Below, piece after piece: positions 16,318-20,000 of a stretch of 20,000 bases of DNA (the first letter of the stretch is position 1; each line of letters opens with the position of its first letter). The stretch lies in the IMG/VR virus record IMGVR_UViG_3300024319_000691; one strand, 5' to 3'. The stretch is from an uncultured virus (IMG/VR IMGVR_UViG_3300024319_000691). Taxonomy: Duplodnaviria; Heunggongvirae; Uroviricota; Caudoviricetes. The translations under genes and the position numbers were made by a program. The notes under the pieces were generated by a model that worked only from the letters and a program-made list of their open reading frames with translations, searched no databases and was not told where the DNA came from.

Positions 16318-17010
16318 ATGACAATAGTTTTAGGAGACGGTTTATTAGCATCAGAACTTATAGGACAAACAGGATGGTCTTATATTTCAAGAAAACAGGA
16401 CTTTTTAAATTTTAATAGTCTTAGTAGTGTTATTAATTTAATTCCAAAGGACTGCACTACGATAGTCAATTGCATTGCATACACAGACACCTATTCTGAT
16501 GATAAATCTAAAATGCTTCAAACTAATTATCATTCAGTTGCAAACTTGGCTGAATTCTGTAATCATAGAGGAATAAAACTAATTCACTATTCTACAGATT
16601 ACGTATATGCTGGTTCAAATCCAAATGCAAGCGAAGAAGATATTCCTATTCCTGATAAAACATGGTATGCATATTCTAAATTATTAGCAGACGAGCATAT
16701 CATTAGACATTCAGATGATTATCTAATCGTAAGAGGGAGTCACAGAATTAATCCATTTCCTTATGCAACTGCATGGAACGATCAGATAGGAAATTTCGAT
16801 GATGTAGATGTATTAGTAAATCAGTGGATCAAGCTAATTAAAGCAGAGCAGAAAGGTGTATGGAATATAGGAACACCTTCGAAGAGCGTATATGAATATG
16901 CATCTAGAGAAAAAGATGTTGATTCAGCACCTGCCCCTGATCATTTCCCAAAGGATACGACAATGGATCTTACGAAACTTAATGTATTTTTAAAAAATTA
17001 TGAAATATAA
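16318..17010 (+). CDS. RmlD-like dTDP-4-dehydrorhamnose reductase (SDR)
   Basis: VLGDGLLA, NCIAYTD, LIHYSTDYVY, YAYSKLLA. Confidence 0.82.
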   Translation: MTIVLGDGLLASELIGQTGWSYISRKQDFLNFNSLSSVINLIPKDCTTIVNCIAYTDTYSDDKSKMLQTNYHSVANLAEFCNHRGIKLIHYSTDYVYAGSNPNASEEDIPIPDKTWYAYSKLLADEHIIRHSDDYLIVRGSHRINPFPYATAWNDQIGNFDDVDVLVNQWIKLIKAEQKGVWNIGTPSKSVYEYASREKDVDSAPAPDHFPKDTTMDLTKLNVFLKNYEI

Positions 17011-17146
17011 ATCAATAACAGATCATATATGGCGATGTGGATGTGGCTCAATGAATTCTCCTTATTTAGAAAAATGTGGATTCTGCGGCACTGATAATAA
17101 AAATCACAATGCGTTTATAGAAACAAATTCTCAAAAAGAAGTATAA
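17000..17146 (+). CDS. small zinc-ribbon protein (RanBP2-like, 48 aa)
   Basis: Hand-translated WRCGCGSMNSPYLEKCGFCG, i.e. W-x-C-x-C-x3-N-x6-C-x2-C. Confidence 0.6.
   Translation: MKYKSITDHIWRCGCGSMNSPYLEKCGFCGTDNKNHNAFIETNSQKEV
17120..17146 (+). promoter_or_regulatory. putative ECF-type promoter GAAAC-N16-GTATAA
   Basis: GAAAC at 17120-17124, GTATAA at 17141-17146, ATG at 17152. Confidence 0.65.
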
Positions 17147-17151
17147 ACTAC

Positions 17152-17436
17152 ATGGCAAGAGAAATAAAGTTAACAGTATGCTCGGGTTGTATCGAAGATT
17201 TTCCAGATGGAGATTTATATACAGTAACGAGATACATGAATAGATCACTACCCGATAAGACTAATATGTATTCTACGCCATATTGTGAAACTTGTATCAA
17301 AAAAGACAAAGACGGTTATGTAGATATTAAACTTGAACCTAAAAACGTTTTAAAGGAAAGAGCAAAGAAAGAAAAAGAAGCACTTAAGGCAAAGGAAGCA
17401 AAAAAGAAAGCAGCACTCAAAAAGAAAAAGAAATGA
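17152..17436 (+). CDS. CxxC...CxxC zinc-binding protein with Lys-rich tail
   Basis: CSGC and CETC motifs; poly-K C-terminus. Confidence 0.65.
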   Translation: MAREIKLTVCSGCIEDFPDGDLYTVTRYMNRSLPDKTNMYSTPYCETCIKKDKDGYVDIKLEPKNVLKERAKKEKEALKAKEAKKKAALKKKKK

Positions 17437-17666
17437 TAACAACACAAACTAACTTATACGACTCTTCGACTATTGTATCGTCTTCATATATTTATAAGAC
17501 AAAGGAATTATATGTTGGATTTAAACATGGAACTTATTTATATAAAGAAGTAGAAGAAAACGACTACCATGCCTTTAGAGATGCAACATCACAGGGAATT
17601 GCCCTTAATAATATAATTAAAGGTGTGTATAAATACGAGAAAATAGAAGAAGAACATGCAAAATAA
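17433..17666 (+). CDS. KTSC domain protein
   Basis: SSTIVSSSY...LYVGFKHGTYLYKEV...ATSQGIALNNIIKGVY. Confidence 0.82.
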   Translation: MITTQTNLYDSSTIVSSSYIYKTKELYVGFKHGTYLYKEVEENDYHAFRDATSQGIALNNIIKGVYKYEKIEEEHAK

Positions 17667-18123
17667 GAGAACCGGAATTACATGCTCTACATTTGATCTG
17701 TTTCATGCAGGTCATGTAAAGATGCTAGAGGAAGCTAAGAAAGAGTGCGATTATCTAATAGTTGCTTTACAAACAGATCCCTCAATTGATCGACCTGATT
17801 CCAAGAACCCTCCTATCCAGTCTTTAGTCGAAAGATACATTCAAGTTAAGGCTTGTAGATATGTAGATGAAATAGTCCCTTACCAAACTGAAAAGGATCT
17901 CGAAGATATTTTCGCAAGTTTCGATATTGATTGTAGAGTAATAGGTATCGAATATAAAGATAAGAATTTTACAGGAAAAGATACATGTGTAAAGAGAGGA
18001 ATCGAGATCATATATAATAAAAGAGATCATGGTTTTTCAAGCACAGAACTCAGAAATAGAGTATGGGAAGTAGAGCATGTAAAAAGTTTAGAATTAATTG
18101 AAAAAAAATTCAATAAAAGTTGA
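17656..18123 (+). CDS. cytidylyltransferase (TagD / glycerol-3-phosphate CT-like)
   Basis: TFDLFHAGHV (HxGH), ACRYVDE, RDHGFSSTELR. Confidence 0.9.
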   Translation: MQNKRTGITCSTFDLFHAGHVKMLEEAKKECDYLIVALQTDPSIDRPDSKNPPIQSLVERYIQVKACRYVDEIVPYQTEKDLEDIFASFDIDCRVIGIEYKDKNFTGKDTCVKRGIEIIYNKRDHGFSSTELRNRVWEVEHVKSLELIEKKFNKS

Positions 18124-18148
18124 AACTAAATTAAAGATATTGGTATAA
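18122..18148 (+). promoter_or_regulatory. putative ECF-type promoter GAAAC-N16-GTATAA
   Basis: GAAAC at 18122-18126 and GTATAA at 18143-18148, upstream of Hc1 and the ncRNA candidate. Confidence 0.65.
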
Positions 18149-18185
18149 TTACCGAATAACAATTAAATATTAAAAATTCAAAGAA

Positions 18186-18368
18186 ATGACAAATTTATTA
18201 TCACAAATCCAAGAAACCCTGGATTCAATTCAGGACGACGCTACTAAGTTTAACGAAAAAGGAAACAAAGCAGCAGGAACAAGAGTAAGAAAAGGAATGC
18301 AAGCTATCAAAGCGTTAGCGCAAGATGTAAGAGTTGCAGTTTCTGAAGCAAATAAAGCAAAAGTCTAA
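18186..18368 (+). CDS. histone H1-like protein (Hc1 family, Bacteroidota type)
   Basis: DATKFNEKGNKAAGTRVRKGMQAIKALAQDVR. Confidence 0.85.
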   Translation: MTNLLSQIQETLDSIQDDATKFNEKGNKAAGTRVRKGMQAIKALAQDVRVAVSEANKAKV

Positions 18369-18856
18369 GGTTATATACTAACCAAGGAAAACGTTCTTTA
18401 ACATATTGTAGAAGGCACATTACCAGATTGATCATCTAGAATGTGAGTGTATTGCCGAAAAAATCCTAATGGAAAGAGGGATTAAGGCACACTAAGACAC
18501 CGAACAAGTTTCGGCTCGATTGCAGAAGTGAGTAATTGAGACTCGACAGAGTAGATAGTGGTAGATCGGAAAAGATAAATCTAAACTGATTTTTCCGAGA
18601 GCATTGCAAGCAGCCGAAAGGAACCCTTGCCGTAAACTGACTGAATAATCCTATCTTATAGGGGATAAAGTACAACTAAAGCCATTGTGGCGCTATAACG
18701 AGATTAACCATCTTGAGTAGAACTTGAAATAATAGTAAAGTTAGTTGGTATGCAGTATATCATACAATAAGACGATCTTCTAAGGCTAGTATACCTTAGT
18801 ACACGATCCTTCTATGTTATAACCCAGAACCTAGTGAAAGCTAGGTTCTTAGGGGG
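18369..18856 (+). ncRNA. large structured non-coding RNA candidate
   Basis: No + strand ORF of 60 aa or more. Long-range closing helix 18399-18415/18808-18819 with more than ten nested helices and GAAA tetraloops. Confidence 0.7.
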
Positions 18857-18883
18857 TAAGTAATGATAAAAACAGTTTAAATC

Positions 18884-19027
18884 ATGAACAGTGAACAGTC
18901 AAACAACGGAAACACTCAGATAAACCACGAAAGAGCAAGTCTGAATAGTAGAGTTTCTAGGTTTAGAATTCTTGGTCAAACCAAGAAAGTACAATGGGAC
19001 GGTAGAAGAAGAAACCGAACTATTTAA
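18884..19027 (+). CDS. small basic protein (47 aa)
   Basis: Hand-translated MNSEQSNNGNTQINHERASLNSRVSRFRILGQTKKVQWDGRRRNRTI with an A-rich leader. Confidence 0.5.
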   Translation: MNSEQSNNGNTQINHERASLNSRVSRFRILGQTKKVQWDGRRRNRTI

Positions 19028-19040
19028 ATATTATTAAAAG

Positions 19041-19643
19041 ATGGAACTAATCTTAAACGTTCTTACGGTTTTTTTAACCCTGTTTGCGGTTATCGATATG
19101 CCAGGTAATGTACCACTAATCATCAAGCTTAGAAAGGAGAATGGTGAAATAGAATCGGCGAAGGCTACGTTAATCGCAATATGCATTATGATATCTTTCC
19201 TATTTGTAGGTAAAACCCTCTTCATGTTATTAGGTATTGAAACATTCCACTTTGCATTAGCAGGTGCAATGCTTCTTCTTTATTTTGGTGTAAAGATGGT
19301 TTTAGGAATCGAATCCAGTGCCGAGACAGAACCTATGCCAGCAACTATATTTCCAATAGCATTTCCAATTATAGCAGGACCAGGAACCTTATCAACTATC
19401 ATGTCCTTAACACAAGATCTTTCAGATTTGGTAATTATTATAGGAATAGTTTTAAACGCAATAGTAATTTACGTATTTTTAAAATCTGCAGACTGGATTC
19501 AACGTAAAGTTGGTGTAATAGGAATTACAATAATGGAAAGAGTTTTTGGTATTATTCTTATCGCAATAGGTATGAAAATCTTAATCACTTCCCTAGTTTT
19601 AAGCATTAATGACGTTAATGCCTCCTTAGTCACCAATATCTAG
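19041..19643 (+). CDS. MarC-family integral membrane protein
   Basis: LFAVIDMPGNVP, IFPIAFPIIAGPGTLSTI, MERVFGIILIAIG; about six TM segments. Confidence 0.9.
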   Translation: MELILNVLTVFLTLFAVIDMPGNVPLIIKLRKENGEIESAKATLIAICIMISFLFVGKTLFMLLGIETFHFALAGAMLLLYFGVKMVLGIESSAETEPMPATIFPIAFPIIAGPGTLSTIMSLTQDLSDLVIIIGIVLNAIVIYVFLKSADWIQRKVGVIGITIMERVFGIILIAIGMKILITSLVLSINDVNASLVTNI

Positions 19644-19650
19644 ATATATA
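19643..19650 (+). promoter_or_regulatory. GATATATA late-promoter-like box
   Basis: Directly after the MarC stop and upstream of the lipoprotein ATG at 19676. Confidence 0.45.
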
Positions 19651-19675
19651 AATAAATAAAATAAACGACTTAACA

Positions 19676-19870
19676 ATGAAAAAGAAAATGATTGCATTGT
19701 CGTTAAGTTTAATTTTATTATCTAGCTGTGGATCAAGCAAATCTACTTCTGACTCTCAATATGAATCTGAGCCAATTACTGAACAGGAGCATCATGAGAA
19801 GGTTCTAAATGGACTCTTATTTACGATTATAGTTTTTGCTATATTTAGTGCAATAGGAAATAAACCTTAA
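19676..19870 (+). CDS. small lipoprotein with C-terminal hydrophobic helix
   Basis: Lipobox LLSS-C and C-terminal TM LLFTIIVFAIFSAIG. Confidence 0.65.
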   Translation: MKKKMIALSLSLILLSSCGSSKSTSDSQYESEPITEQEHHEKVLNGLLFTIIVFAIFSAIGNKP

Positions 19871-19882
19871 CTACAATTTATT

Positions 19883-19943
19883 TGAAAATAAACTGCCCGA
19901 AATTTTTTTATTTCGGGTTTTTTAGTTATATTAGTATAGTAAT
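19883..19943 (+). promoter_or_regulatory. 61-bp conserved repeat copy 5 (divergent), putative early promoter
   Basis: Same length and conserved blocks (TGAAAATAAAC, T7A, TTATATTAGTATAGTAAT); ATG at 19957. Confidence 0.7.
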
Positions 19944-19956
19944 TAAATAAACTAAT

Positions 19957-20000
19957 ATGAAAATAACTAAGAAGATCAAATCAAAACTGTTAACGTATCT
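19957..20000 (+). CDS. hypothetical protein (3'-truncated)
   Basis: MKITKKIKSKLLTY..., open to the window end and following repeat copy 5. Confidence 0.5.
   Translation, partial: MKITKKIKSKLLTY

Noticed and set aside
18466..18675. 69-aa minus-strand ORF
   Set aside because: It runs against the local gene direction, has no motif, and lies inside the structured RNA candidate.
18826..18849. Hairpin as an intrinsic terminator
   Set aside because: It is followed by TAGGGGG rather than a U-tract, so it is treated as part of the RNA.
18369..18856. tmRNA, RNase P RNA or group I/II intron
   Set aside because: I found no tRNA-like ends or T-loop, no GAGGAAAGUCC, no group I R/S or group II domain V motifs, and the flanking genes are not interrupted.
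2829..19225. Short minus-strand ORFs in the track (2829, 3577, 3974, 5254, 5810, 5959, 6770, 9713, 11495, 11947, 13703, 17066, 17824, 19034)
   Set aside because: They are antisense shadows of better-supported + strand genes and show no recognisable motifs.
4508..19943. 61-bp repeats as a CRISPR array or IS ends
   Set aside because: The copies are kilobases apart and always upstream of genes. There are no regular spacers, cas genes or transposase.
1..20000. Stop-codon reassignment
   Set aside because: Recognisable genes are full length under code 11, TAG and TGA both end genes at sensible positions, and no suppressor tRNA is present.
1..20000. Bacterial chromosome or eukaryotic giant virus origin
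   Set aside because: The mosaic of unrelated genes, ORFans and repeated promoters argues against a chromosome. The sigma factor, intrinsic terminators and Bacteroidota-type proteins argue against an NCLDV. No capsid or terminase gene is in the window, so the phage call remains an inference.

Overview
AT-rich, gene-dense, almost entirely + strand segment that best fits a large (jumbo-type) tailed phage infecting Bacteroidota/Flavobacteriia. This rests on a T9SS type-B sorting-domain protein, a Bacteroidota-type Hc1 histone-like protein, A-rich leaders lacking Shine-Dalgarno motifs, and unrelated metabolic and repair genes mixed with small ORFans and tRNAs. Recognisable genes include a NEIL1-like DNA glycosylase, flavodoxin-fold reductase, two SDR sugar enzymes, guanylate kinase, an ECF sigma factor, 5'(3')-deoxyribonucleotidase, eukaryote-type phosphomannomutase, 2OG-Fe(II) oxygenase, thioesterase, ATP-dependent DNA ligase, KTSC protein, cytidylyltransferase and MarC. 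Four tRNAs (Leu-UAA, Arg-UCU, Lys-UUU and the rare Ile-UAU) are present. The most notable unannotated signals are: (1) a ~420-490 nt multi-helix non-coding RNA candidate downstream of Hc1 (~18369-18856); (2) three classes of promoter-like motif that suggest a transcription cascade: five gap-free 61-bp repeats (one upstream of the sigma gene), seven GAAAC-N16-RTATAA ECF-type sites, and GATAWATA late-like boxes including a palindromic bidirectional one; (3) a structured element inside the tRNA cluster; (4) apparently catalytically dead enzyme folds. All calls come from reading motifs by eye; no searches were run.
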